Shown here: piece after piece, positions 1 to 8,600 of the stretch
How positions within the stretch are numbered: position 1 is the first letter of the stretch
Layout of the letters: the number at the start of each line of letters is the position of its first letter
Assembly (NCBI RefSeq): GCF_000020385.1
Contig: NC_010814.1
Location: forward strand, 3,360,001 to 3,392,000
Direction: 5' to 3'
Source: Trichlorobacter lovleyi SZ
GTDB taxonomy: Bacteria; Desulfobacterota; Desulfuromonadia; Geobacterales; Pseudopelobacteraceae
Length of the DNA stretch: 32,000 nt
Program-made: the position numbers and the translations under genes
The notes under the pieces: model-generated
Told to the model about the DNA's origin: nothing
Databases searched by the model: none
The model's input: only the letters and a program-made list of their open reading frames with translations

Positions 1-1
1 C

Positions 2-853
2 GGCCATGCCGACGCATTACTGGTCAAAGCCGGCTCCGGAGCAGCCACCTTCGGCGTACCGGACTCACCGGGCGTGCCTGCGGATTTTGCCAAACACACC
101 CTGACCGCCGAATACAACTCGCTAGCATCCGTCAAGACGCTTATCACAGAAAACAGCGGGCAGATCGCCTGCATAATCCTGGAACCCGTTGCCGGAAACA
201 TGGGCACCGTCCCTCCCCGCCCCGGTTTCCTTGAAGGCCTGCGGGAGCTCTGCACCAATGAAGGTATCATCTTGATCTTTGATGAGGTTATGTCCGGTTT
301 CCGGGTTGCCTACGGCGGTGCACAATCCCTCTATGGCGTAACACCCGACATGACAACACTGGGCAAGATCATAGGCGGCGGTCTGCCGGTTGGCGCCTTC
401 GGCGGCAAACGAGAGATCATGGAAAAGCTGTCTCCTTCCGGGGGCGTTTACCAGGCAGGGACCCTGTCAGGCAATCCTTTGGCCATGACCGCAGGTATCG
501 AGACCCTGAAATTTTTACAACAGCCGGGATTTTATGACCGGCTTGAAGAAAAAAGCAGCCAGCTCTCCGAAGGGATTTCACTGGCTGCCCGTGATGCAGG
601 TTATCCGCTGTACTCCACCAGGGTGGGCAGCATGTTTTGTGCCTTTTTCACCCCCCACGAAGTCTTTGACTGGACAACGGCTGCCGCCTGCGACACCAAG
701 GCCTTTGCCCGATATTTTCTCGCCATGCTCGAAGAAGGGGTATACCTGGCCCCTTCACAATTCGAGACGGCCTTTATGTCTGCGGCACATTCCCAGCAGG
801 ACATCGAGGCAACCATTGCTGCTGCCCGTAAATGCTTCAAACTCATCAGATGA
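2..853 (+). CDS. hemL: Glutamate-1-semialdehyde 2,1-aminomutase, C-terminal 283 aa (5' end upstream of window)
   Basis: Frame 2 is open from nt 2; the track ORF at 74 is only an internal GTG. The translation reads [26 protein letters not shown]...[10 protein letters not shown]...[11 protein letters not shown]...[17 protein letters not shown]. This is the class-III aminotransferase / GSA-aminomutase pattern, with the PLP lysine in TLGK. Stop TGA 851-853. Confidence 0.9.
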   Translation, partial: GHADALLVKAGSGAATFGVPDSPGVPADFAKHTLTAEYNSLASVKTLITENSGQIACIILEPVAGNMGTVPPRPGFLEGLRELCTNEGIILIFDEVMSGFRVAYGGAQSLYGVTPDMTTLGKIIGGGLPVGAFGGKREIMEKLSPSGGVYQAGTLSGNPLAMTAGIETLKFLQQPGFYDRLEEKSSQLSEGISLAARDAGYPLYSTRVGSMFCAFFTPHEVFDWTTAAACDTKAFARYFLAMLEEGVYLAPSQFETAFMSAAHSQQDIEATIAAARKCFKLIR

Positions 854-865
854 TTCACGAAACAA

Positions 866-895
866 TTGACACTGAAAGCCATACCATGCTATGAA
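866..895 (+). promoter_or_regulatory. Candidate sigma70-type promoter for the atpZ-like/atpI/atpB/atpE operon
   Basis: TTGACA (866-871), 18-nt spacer, TATGAA (890-895), in the 83-nt gap after the hemL stop. GGAGG SD at 927-931 lies 5 nt before the ATG at 937. Motif match only. Confidence 0.35.
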
Positions 896-936
896 AGACA
901 GGTTTTGTATACAACTCATCTCGACTGGAGGCGGAA

Positions 937-1179
937 ATGAGCGAACTTCGTGACATTTTCCGCAACATCGGCACCGTCTCCAGCATGGGTATATCGGTTG
1001 TACTCGCGATTGCCATCGGTGTCTGGTTTGGCCTGACTCTTGACCGCTGGTTTGGTACAGCACCCTGGTTTTTCTGGTTATTCCTTTTGATTGGTATCGC
1101 TGCCGGATTTAAAAATGTGTATGTCATTACCCGGCGCGAAATTAAGAATTTGAACCGTGACACTGATCAACGAGGCTAG
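937..1179 (+). CDS. AtpZ/ATPase_gene1-like small membrane protein preceding the F0 genes
   Basis: 80 aa with two hydrophobic helices (ISVVLAIAIGVWFGL / WFFWLFLLIGIAAGF). Good SD. Located directly upstream of atpI-atpB-atpE, as is typical for AtpZ-type genes. Confidence 0.65.
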   Translation: MSELRDIFRNIGTVSSMGISVVLAIAIGVWFGLTLDRWFGTAPWFFWLFLLIGIAAGFKNVYVITRREIKNLNRDTDQRG

Positions 1180-1537
1180 GCTGCCTACTGTTATTTTGCA
1201 ATCAAGCGCAATCCTGCTCTTTATTGCAACAGTTGCCGGTTTCTTATTCTACACGACGCCGGTTGCTCTTGGTATTCTGGCTGGTGGCAGCATTGCCATT
1301 ATAAATTTTGTCTGGCAGCGCAGGACACTACGCCAACTGCTTGACAGTCAGGCTCCCCCCACAGCGAGCTCTGCAACACTGCGCTACCTGCTTCGCCTGA
1401 GTATTACCGCCGTTATACTGTATGCCGTACTGACTTCCGGGCATTTTTCCATTATCGCCCTTCTGGTCGGGCTGTCAGTCATAGTGGCAGTTATCATTGC
1501 ATTAACACTGTATTCAGCGTTTTATAAAGGAGATTGA
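1157..1537 (+). CDS. atpI: ATP synthase protein I (AtpI)
   Basis: 126 aa, four predicted TM segments, ending 3 nt before atpB. The pattern GILAGGSIAIINFVW...LRYLLRL is typical of AtpI. The start (GTG 1157, overlapping the previous gene by 23 nt) is uncertain because no clear SD is present. Confidence 0.65.
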   Translation: MTLINEARLPTVILQSSAILLFIATVAGFLFYTTPVALGILAGGSIAIINFVWQRRTLRQLLDSQAPPTASSATLRYLLRLSITAVILYAVLTSGHFSIIALLVGLSVIVAVIIALTLYSAFYKGD

Positions 1538-1540
1538 CCC

Positions 1541-2233
1541 ATGGTCCACCCGTTGTTGTTTCTCCAGTTCCTCAGCACGAAGCTGCAGCACCTGCTGCAT
1601 ATCTCTGACGCTTCTGCAAACGCAGTCGTCTATACCTGGACGGTCATCGTGCTGTTGCTGGTGCTGTCACTGATTGCAACCCGTGCCCTGAAGACGATAC
1701 CAAGCGGCGTACAAAACTTCATGGAAGTGGTGGTTGACGGAATTGAAAACATGATCGTCGAAACCATGGGTGAGCATGGGCGGTCCTTTTTTCCCTTAAT
1801 CGCCACACTGGCCATCTTCATTCTGGTGTCCAACCTGGTGGGCCTGATCCCCGGCTTCTACCCGCCTACCGCTAACGTCAACACGACGGCAGCCTGTGCA
1901 ATCGTGGTATTTCTGGCCACCCATGTGGTTGGCATCAAGCACCACGGTTTTCACTACCTGAAGCATTTCATGGGTCCGATCTGGTGGTTGGCTCCGCTGA
2001 TGTTCTTCATCGAAGTCATCGGTCACCTCTCTCGTCCGGTTTCACTCACCTTGCGTCTTTTCGGCAACATGAACGGCCATGAACTGGTTCTGATGATCTT
2101 CTTTGCACTGGCACCGTTCCTGGTACCTCTGCCGATGATGCTGATGGGTGTGCTGGTTTCATTCATCCAGGCATTTGTTTTCATGCTGCTGGCCATGATC
2201 TATATCCAGGGTTCCCTGGAAGAGGCACACTAA
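1541..2233 (+). CDS. atpB: F0F1 ATP synthase subunit a
   Basis: 230 aa polytopic membrane protein. It contains the conserved stator-arginine motif [10 protein letters not shown] and the C-terminal [12 protein letters not shown] helix. Confidence 0.93.
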   Translation: MVHPLLFLQFLSTKLQHLLHISDASANAVVYTWTVIVLLLVLSLIATRALKTIPSGVQNFMEVVVDGIENMIVETMGEHGRSFFPLIATLAIFILVSNLVGLIPGFYPPTANVNTTAACAIVVFLATHVVGIKHHGFHYLKHFMGPIWWLAPLMFFIEVIGHLSRPVSLTLRLFGNMNGHELVLMIFFALAPFLVPLPMMLMGVLVSFIQAFVFMLLAMIYIQGSLEEAH

Positions 2234-2300
2234 GACTTACATATAATCCCTTTTCACTCCTATACCGTTTAGGAGCACACACCACACGGAGGTAGTACAG

Positions 2301-2576
2301 ATGAACTTTTTCACAATGTGTATGCTGGCTGCAGGTTTTGGTATGGCTATTGGCGCTTTCGGTACCGGTATTGGCCAAGGTCTGGCTGTTAAGAGTGCTG
2401 TTGAAGGCGTTTCCCGTAACCCCGGCGCTTCCGGCAAGATCCTGACCACCATGATGATCGGTCTGGCCATGATCGAGTCCCTGGCCATCTACGTTCTGGT
2501 TGTTTGTCTGATCATCCTGTTCGCTAACCCCTACAAGGATGTTGCGATCAAGGCTCTGGAGACCGTTGCGAAGTAA
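2301..2576 (+). CDS. atpE: F0F1 ATP synthase subunit c
   Basis: 91 aa helical hairpin with glycine motif GAFGTGIGQG, polar loop SRNPG and carboxylate E59 in MIESLAIY. SD GGAGG upstream. Confidence 0.95.
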   Translation: MNFFTMCMLAAGFGMAIGAFGTGIGQGLAVKSAVEGVSRNPGASGKILTTMMIGLAMIESLAIYVLVVCLIILFANPYKDVAIKALETVAK

Positions 2577-2601
2577 TTTCGCTGCACGGCTTCACAATGT
2601 C

Positions 2602-2647
2602 AGAAACACAAATGGCGACCGGGCATCCGGTCGCCATTTGTGTTTCT
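2602..2647. terminator. Bidirectional intrinsic terminator between convergent atpE and the LptM-like lipoprotein gene
   Basis: Perfect 21-bp inverted repeat AGAAACACAAATGGCGACCGG / CCGGTCGCCATTTGTGTTTCT with the 4-nt loop GCAT. The 3' arm is U-rich on both strands (CAUUUGUGUUUCU). Confidence 0.7.
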
Positions 2648-2671
2648 ACGGTCTCGACATCAGGGCGCCCA

Positions 2672-3430
2672 TTAGCCGGGATCATCCGCGACCGTCAGGG
2701 TAACAGGTGCGGACAATTCGCTCTCAGCAACAACCCCGTCACTCCTTTTGACAACAGTGCTGACAGCGTAACGATAGGTGTGATTACGTTGTACCGACTG
2801 ATCCTCATAGTGGGTAACGTCGCTAGCCAGTGAAGTAATCGGCACAAGTACACCATCGCCTTCGGCCCGGTAGACGGTGTACCCTACCAGGGAGGTGCCT
2901 TGTGACAGCATGCCAGTAATATCAAGCACAACAAATCCACCAAATGCTACGGAGGCCTTGAGCCCAGGCGCGGCAGGGGGGGATAGCAGTGCAGTCACAG
3001 CAGTGACCGTTGCATTACCGGTTATACCGCCTTTTTGCACTGTCTGCAGACGATACTGATAACGCTCACCGGCACGGACATCGGCATCAATCAGGACAAT
3101 CCGGTTGCCATGACGTTGAGCCGGTGCCGGTAAAACAGGATCAATTGTCTGCAGATTCTGGTACTGGTCCTGACAACTGATACAATCCAGTTCTTGGTAG
3201 ACACGCCGCCCGACCAGTACCGCCTCCAGGTCCTCAAGCTTACGGCCTGACAGATCCTTTTCCGGCAGGTCAAAGATCAGCCGCAGGCGAGAACCGCTTT
3301 GTTCAACCTTCAGCTGTTGCGGCGGCTGAGCAACCAGCATGTCCGGATAGAGCAATGGCCCTTTTTTGCCACAGCCGGACATCAGCACCAGCACAGACAC
3401 AAGCAGGAGCCTGTTCCGTCGCGCCGGCAT
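2672..3430 (-). CDS. Lipoprotein with LptM-type N-terminus (CGKKGPLLYP) followed by two FN3-like beta-sandwich modules
   Basis: Signal peptide plus lipobox LMSGC (Cys20), followed directly by GKKGPLLYP, which matches the LPAM_2/LptM motif C-G-x-K-G-P-L-Y-x-P. Residues ~152-247 show the FN3-like pattern GYTVYR...THYED...HTYRYAVSTV. The start lies 2 nt after the argH stop. Confidence 0.7.
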   Translation of the reverse strand: MPARRNRLLLVSVLVLMSGCGKKGPLLYPDMLVAQPPQQLKVEQSGSRLRLIFDLPEKDLSGRKLEDLEAVLVGRRVYQELDCISCQDQYQNLQTIDPVLPAPAQRHGNRIVLIDADVRAGERYQYRLQTVQKGGITGNATVTAVTALLSPPAAPGLKASVAFGGFVVLDITGMLSQGTSLVGYTVYRAEGDGVLVPITSLASDVTHYEDQSVQRNHTYRYAVSTVVKRSDGVVAESELSAPVTLTVADDPG

Positions 3431-3432
3431 CC

Positions 3433-4809
3433 CTATTTACCTTCCCGACAACGCCGGATTTCGTCTTCAACGCGGTTACGGGCAGTACCACCAATCACAT
3501 CACGGGCGTTGACACTGGCCTCAACTGTGATCGCAGCGAAGATATCATCGCTGAAATGAGGGGAAAAGAGCTGCCACTCAGCCAGGGACAGATCAATAAT
3601 GTCCATCTCATTTTCGACACAGTAGGCCACTGCTTTCCCGACCGCCTCATGGGCATCTCTGAACGGCAGTCCTTTTCGCACCAGATAATCAGCGACATCA
3701 GTCGCCGTGGAAAACCCCTGACCAGCTGCACGCCCCATGGAGCTGCTATTTACCCGCATCTCACGAATCATGTCGGCAAAGATCTTGAGTGAGCCCTTTA
3801 CGGTGTCAATCGTATCGAAGAGCGGCTCCTTGTCCTCCTGCATATCTTTGTTGTAGGCCAAGGGCAGGGCCTTCATCACCGTCAGCAAAGCCATCAGATT
3901 GCCATAGACACGCCCGGTCTTGCCGCGCACCAGCTCAGGCACGTCAGGATTTTTTTTCTGAGGCATGATCGAGGAACCGGTACAGAAGCCGTCGGACAGA
4001 TCAACAAAACGGAAGGCGCTGGTTGACCAGATGATCAACTCCTCTGACAGCCTCGAAAGGTGCATCATCAGGATTGAAGAGGCAGCAATGAACTCAAGGG
4101 CGAAGTCACGATCAGAGACAGAATCCAGTGAGTTGCGGGTCACCGCCGGAAAATCGAGCTGTTCAGCCACATACTCCCGGTCGATCGGAAAGGTGGTACC
4201 GGCCAGTGCACCAGCCCCCAGCGGCAGGACATTGACCCGCTTGAGACAGTCGTCCATTCGACCCTTGTCACGCTTGAACATCTCCACATAGGCCAGCATA
4301 TGGTGCGAAAACAGAATCGGCTGAGCTGACTGCAGATGTGTGAAGCCGGGCATCACCACCTCCAGATTCTTTTCAGCCTGCTCCAGCAACGAATCAATCA
4401 GCATATCCAGATAGGCCACCACCTCAACGATCTCGTCGCGCAGGTAGAGCCGGATATCCAGCGCCACCTGATCATTGCGCGAACGCCCGGTATGCAGCCG
4501 CTTGCCGGCCTCACCGATTTTCTGGGACAGGCGGGCTTCAATATTCATATGGATATCTTCCAGCCCGACCGAGAAATCGAACTGGCCGGCCTCGATCTGC
4601 GCCAGGATATCCTTCAAGCCATGGACAATCTGCTCCACATCCTGTTGAGGAATAATCCCCTGCCGCCCCAGCATCCGTGCATGGGCAACCGAGCCGCGGA
4701 TATCCTGATGGTACAAACGCTTATCAAAATCAATTGAAGCGGTAAATTCTTCTACAAACTTATCCGTTGGCTGGGTAAAACGCCCGCCCCACAGCTTGTT
4801 TTGAGACAT
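3433..4809 (-). CDS. argH: Argininosuccinate lyase
   Basis: 458 aa with N-terminal [18 protein letters not shown] and the fumarate-lyase signature [12 protein letters not shown]. Confidence 0.96.
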   Translation of the reverse strand: MSQNKLWGGRFTQPTDKFVEEFTASIDFDKRLYHQDIRGSVAHARMLGRQGIIPQQDVEQIVHGLKDILAQIEAGQFDFSVGLEDIHMNIEARLSQKIGEAGKRLHTGRSRNDQVALDIRLYLRDEIVEVVAYLDMLIDSLLEQAEKNLEVVMPGFTHLQSAQPILFSHHMLAYVEMFKRDKGRMDDCLKRVNVLPLGAGALAGTTFPIDREYVAEQLDFPAVTRNSLDSVSDRDFALEFIAASSILMMHLSRLSEELIIWSTSAFRFVDLSDGFCTGSSIMPQKKNPDVPELVRGKTGRVYGNLMALLTVMKALPLAYNKDMQEDKEPLFDTIDTVKGSLKIFADMIREMRVNSSSMGRAAGQGFSTATDVADYLVRKGLPFRDAHEAVGKAVAYCVENEMDIIDLSLAEWQLFSPHFSDDIFAAITVEASVNARDVIGGTARNRVEDEIRRCREGK

Positions 4810-4815
4810 ACTCGG

Positions 4816-5991
4816 CTACTCCTTCTGTACGTTGGACTCTGTTACAGCTTCATCTTCGCCGTTATACCCTGATGAGGGGACTTTTTCCCATCCCCCCCGT
4901 GATGAACGCTGCATGATGGTATGGACCTTGAGCGGCACACGGGAGCTACGCGGATCGATCTCATGGTGTAACGGCAGGTTAAAATACAGCAGCCGGGTGG
5001 CGCTGCCAAAACGCAGGCGGCAGACCGGAGCGCCGCTGAAATCATCGGTTGCAAACTCACGGGATTGCACCTTTTCCAAGCGGTGATTCCGGTTGATCAC
5101 CACATAGGAATGGCCAAAGCCCTGGGACTGAACCGTACCTTCCAGTGTGGTTTCATCAGAGGCATTACCAAAAACCGTTACTGTTTCACGCACACCGGGC
5201 AGGTCTTCCAGATATTCTCCATAGAACCCGCACACCACATCCCGATAGGCCTGGTGCTCCGGTTTCGGGTTACACTGGATCACAAACAGGGTATCCAGCC
5301 CTTGGCGTGTTGTAAAGAACAGCTGGTTGGCATGATCTATAATCTGTTTGATATTTGAGCTGTACAGATCCCGGTAGAGGTAGTCGAGACAGATGATTGC
5401 CATGAAATTAAAGCAGGAAGGTCTACTGCGCAGCAGATAGAAGTGTCTTCCGCGATACAGGTCATGGTACTTGTCGATAAACTCCTCACCGTGAAACGGA
5501 TGGCTCTTAGCCTCAAGAAAGACCCGCAGGCCTCCATCCGACTCCTTGACCAGGACCATGCACCAGTTAACCGGCATCTCCAGCACATCACCCGAATCAA
5601 TATCGCGGTCAACCAGCTCGATCGCCTCCTGGTTATCAGCTTTGAAGCGTTCAAGAAACCGGCGATACTCCCGCAGCCTGACATGCTCAATACCGATCAT
5701 GGTAACGGTATTGGGGCGGAATCCTTTTTCAATCACCAGCAACAGCTCGTCCAGACGGTTAACCGGCAGGCACGATTCAGGAAAGAGCAGAAAATGAAGC
5801 TTCTTAAGGTTCCCCTCGCCGGCAGCCACCAGGTCAAGGACCGATTTGATCGCCTCCCACTGTGTTTCCTGTTCAACGGGATGAAATCCGGCCTCACGAT
5901 GCAGGTGGTTAGGCAGCTGAGCAATCAGACAGTGGAGATGGTGCCCCAGCGGAAAGGAGAGCTGGACCTTTTTATCGATAACCATTGGCAT
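4816..5991 (-). CDS. Uncharacterised protein with nitrilase/CN-hydrolase-like Glu-Lys-Cys motifs plus a ~100-aa C-terminal extension
   Basis: 391 aa with a strong SD (AGGAG, 7-nt spacer). Motifs are LLFPES (E72, codon 5776-5778), EAKSHPFHGEE (K162, codon 5506-5508) and AIICLDYLY (C201, codon 5389-5391). The spacings of 90 and 39 aa are typical of the nitrilase superfamily. Assignment is by eye only. Confidence 0.45.
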   Translation of the reverse strand: MPMVIDKKVQLSFPLGHHLHCLIAQLPNHLHREAGFHPVEQETQWEAIKSVLDLVAAGEGNLKKLHFLLFPESCLPVNRLDELLLVIEKGFRPNTVTMIGIEHVRLREYRRFLERFKADNQEAIELVDRDIDSGDVLEMPVNWCMVLVKESDGGLRVFLEAKSHPFHGEEFIDKYHDLYRGRHFYLLRSRPSCFNFMAIICLDYLYRDLYSSNIKQIIDHANQLFFTTRQGLDTLFVIQCNPKPEHQAYRDVVCGFYGEYLEDLPGVRETVTVFGNASDETTLEGTVQSQGFGHSYVVINRNHRLEKVQSREFATDDFSGAPVCRLRFGSATRLLYFNLPLHHEIDPRSSRVPLKVHTIMQRSSRGGWEKVPSSGYNGEDEAVTESNVQKE

Positions 5992-6008
5992 CGCAGCTCT
6001 CCTGACGC

Positions 6009-6443
6009 TCAGGCAGCGAACTCGGGAAACACGGTTCCCAGGATGGAGCGCGTCCCTTCAGGCATATCGTACTGAGCAAGGTCTCCTCGTGCGACCCAGA
6101 TTGCTTCAGAGACCTCATCGAGATTGTGGCTCAGGTCATAATGAACCGGCCGACAGCGGTAAAACAGGATGATGTAATGACAGTTTTCTTCACCGGGGGT
6201 GACATGCTCAAACACATTGATCAGGCTGCCAACCTCAATCTCCAACCCGACCTCTTCGTCCACTTCCCGTCTGAGTGCTGTGGCAATCGGTTCCCCCAGG
6301 TCGATCTTGCCTCCGGGCATGACCCACATGCCCTTAAAGGGGGGGATGCTCCTCCTGGTGAGGAGCACCCGTTCCTGTTCATCAATAATTACCGCCACGA
6401 CTGAAGTGACGATATGTTCCTTCCTGTAACGCGGTCTGGTCAC
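6009..6443 (-). CDS. NUDIX hydrolase
   Basis: 144 aa with a complete Nudix box GKIDLGEPIATALRREVDEEVGL (GX5EX7REUXEEXGU). The start lies 3 nt after the argG stop. Confidence 0.9.
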   Translation of the reverse strand: MTRPRYRKEHIVTSVVAVIIDEQERVLLTRRSIPPFKGMWVMPGGKIDLGEPIATALRREVDEEVGLEIEVGSLINVFEHVTPGEENCHYIILFYRCRPVHYDLSHNLDEVSEAIWVARGDLAQYDMPEGTRSILGTVFPEFAA

Positions 6444-6446
6444 ACC

Positions 6447-7664
6447 TTACTTCTTGCCCTGCATCAGGGAGCGAATCCGCAACCGCAGGGAGTTGATCTT
6501 GATAAAGCCTTCGGCATCGGCCTGATTGTAGACCTTGTCCTTTTCAAAGGTTGCAAAATCCAGATTGAACAGCGAATTGGTCTCGGACTTGCGGCCAACC
6601 GTACGGCAATGCCCCTTGTACAGCTTGACCCGTGCCACGCCGTTGACCGTCTTTTGAGATTCATCAATCAGCGTCTGCAGCATTTCACGCTCCGGCGAGA
6701 ACCAGTAGCCGGCATAGACCTGACGGGCATATTCAGGAATCAAGGAATCACGGATCCGCATTACCTCGCGGTCCATGGTGATCTGCTCCACCGCGGAGTG
6801 TGCTTCGCGCAGGATGGTGCCGCCGGGGGTCTCATAGACACCGCGGGACTTCATGCCGACTGAACGGTTTTCCAGCAGATCAACCCGTCCTACCCCATGC
6901 AGGCCGCCAATGGTGTTCAGGTGCGCCAGCAGCTGGGCCGGTGTCATCCGCACACCGTCAACAGCCACGGCATTACCCTGTTCAAACTCGATCTCAACAT
7001 ACTGAGGCTTGTTGGGGGCCTTTTCCGGCTTGCAGGTCAACACATACATCTCTTCCGGCGCCTCAGCCCAGGTATCCTCCAGGATGCCGCCTTCAAAGGA
7101 GATGTGCAGCAGGTTGCGGTCTGAGGACCAGGGACGTTTCTTGGTGATCGGAATCGGAATATCGTTCTTCTTGGCATAGGCGATCAGCGCCTTACGACTG
7201 TTCAGTTTCCACTCCCGCCAGGGCGCAATCACGGATATGGAAGGGTCAAAGTGGTAGTAGGCCAGCTCAAAGCGGACCTGGTCATTACCCTTGCCGGTGG
7301 CCCCGTGGGAGACGGCATCGCACCCTTCCAGCTTGGCGATTTCCATCTGGCGCTTGGCAATCAGCGGACGGGCGATGGAGGTGCCCAGCAGGTAGTGGCC
7401 TTCATAGATGGCATTGGCCCGGAACATCGGATAGACAAAGTCACGCACAAACTCTTCACGCAGGTCATCGATATAGACGGTACTTGCACCGGTCTTGAGC
7501 GCCTTTTCACGCACCGGAGCCAGTTCATCCCCCTGTCCCAGATCAGCTGAAAACGCCACTATCTCCGCGCCATACTCATTTTTTAGCCACTTGAGGATGA
7601 TGGAGGTATCCAGCCCGCCGGAATAGGCCAGGACGATCTTTTTCACTTCTTGTTTCTTTGCCAT
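6447..7664 (-). CDS. argG: Argininosuccinate synthase
   Basis: 405 aa with the N-terminal ATP-binding motif AYSGGLDTS, plus [13 protein letters not shown] and SxDxNLxHxSxEG-type motifs. Confidence 0.96.
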   Translation of the reverse strand: MAKKQEVKKIVLAYSGGLDTSIILKWLKNEYGAEIVAFSADLGQGDELAPVREKALKTGASTVYIDDLREEFVRDFVYPMFRANAIYEGHYLLGTSIARPLIAKRQMEIAKLEGCDAVSHGATGKGNDQVRFELAYYHFDPSISVIAPWREWKLNSRKALIAYAKKNDIPIPITKKRPWSSDRNLLHISFEGGILEDTWAEAPEEMYVLTCKPEKAPNKPQYVEIEFEQGNAVAVDGVRMTPAQLLAHLNTIGGLHGVGRVDLLENRSVGMKSRGVYETPGGTILREAHSAVEQITMDREVMRIRDSLIPEYARQVYAGYWFSPEREMLQTLIDESQKTVNGVARVKLYKGHCRTVGRKSETNSLFNLDFATFEKDKVYNQADAEGFIKINSLRLRIRSLMQGKK

Positions 7665-7688
7665 TGCGTGTCTCCTTAAAAATCTCTG

Positions 7689-8600
7689 TTATTTCATCAG
7701 AGTGGCCATAATGGCCTTTTGTATATGCAGACGGTTTTCTGCTTCGTCCCATACCACAGAATGTTTCCCTTCAATCACGCTCTCGCTGATCTCCTCGCCA
7801 CGGTGGGCAGGCAGGCAGTGCAGCACGATGCTGTCTGGTCTGGCTGCCGCCAGCAGCTCGTCATTCACGCAGTAGCCCTGAAACGCGAATTCCCGCTGTT
7901 TCTGCTCAGACTCCTGCCCCATGCTGGCCCAGACGTCGGTGTTAATCACGTCGGCGTCACGCACCGCTTCTTCAGGGTCTTCAGTAATGCTAATCGTGGC
8001 AGTGCCCTGTTTCTGGGCCCATTCCCAGACATGACGGTCCGGTTCATAGCCTTGCGGACAGGCCAGCGCCAGATCAAAACCGAAGATAGCAGCAGCCTCG
8101 ATCCAGGTGTTGGCCATGTTGTTACCGTCACCCACCCAGGCAAACTTGAGCCCCTGATAACCGCCCTTCTGTTCGATCACAGTCTGCAGGTCTGCCATGA
8201 TCTGGCAGGGGTGAAACAGGTCGGTCAGACCGTTAATCACCGGCACATCAGAGTATCGGGCGAATTCATCCACGATCTCCTGGCCAAAGGTGCGGATCAT
8301 CACGCCGTCACAGTAGCGTGCCATCACCCGGGCCGAGTCCTTGATCGGCTCACCACGCCCCATCTGGGAGTTGGCAGACGAAATAAACAGACCGTGCCCA
8401 CCCAGCTGGTAGATACCGACCTCAAAGGAGATGCGGGTACGGGTGGAGGCCTTTTCAAAAATCATGGCCAGGGTCTTGCCTTTCAACAGGTGGTGTTCAA
8501 CACCGTTTTTCTGTTTCTGCTTCAGGTCTGCAGCCAGGGCCAGCATGGCATCCAGCTCCTGCCTGGTGAAATCGTGCAGCGCAAGAAAATGCCGTGTCAT
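7689..8600 (-). CDS. argF: Ornithine carbamoyltransferase
   Basis: 303 aa with the carbamoyl-phosphate motif STRTR (ASTRTRISFE), plus HPCQ and HCLPAHRGEE motifs. ATGA overlap with the argD stop. Confidence 0.95.
   Translation of the reverse strand: MTRHFLALHDFTRQELDAMLALAADLKQKQKNGVEHHLLKGKTLAMIFEKASTRTRISFEVGIYQLGGHGLFISSANSQMGRGEPIKDSARVMARYCDGVMIRTFGQEIVDEFARYSDVPVINGLTDLFHPCQIMADLQTVIEQKGGYQGLKFAWVGDGNNMANTWIEAAAIFGFDLALACPQGYEPDRHVWEWAQKQGTATISITEDPEEAVRDADVINTDVWASMGQESEQKQREFAFQGYCVNDELLAAARPDSIVLHCLPAHRGEEISESVIEGKHSVVWDEAENRLHIQKAIMATLMK

Noticed and set aside
937-2576. N-type (Na+) ATPase operon
   Set aside because: N-ATPase operons have the contiguous order atpD-C-Q-R-B-E-F-A-G. 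Here the a and c genes with AtpZ/AtpI form a separate F0 locus, and atpG-D-C lie 27 kb away on the other strand. That is the ordinary split F-type arrangement, as I recall it for Geobacter-like genomes.
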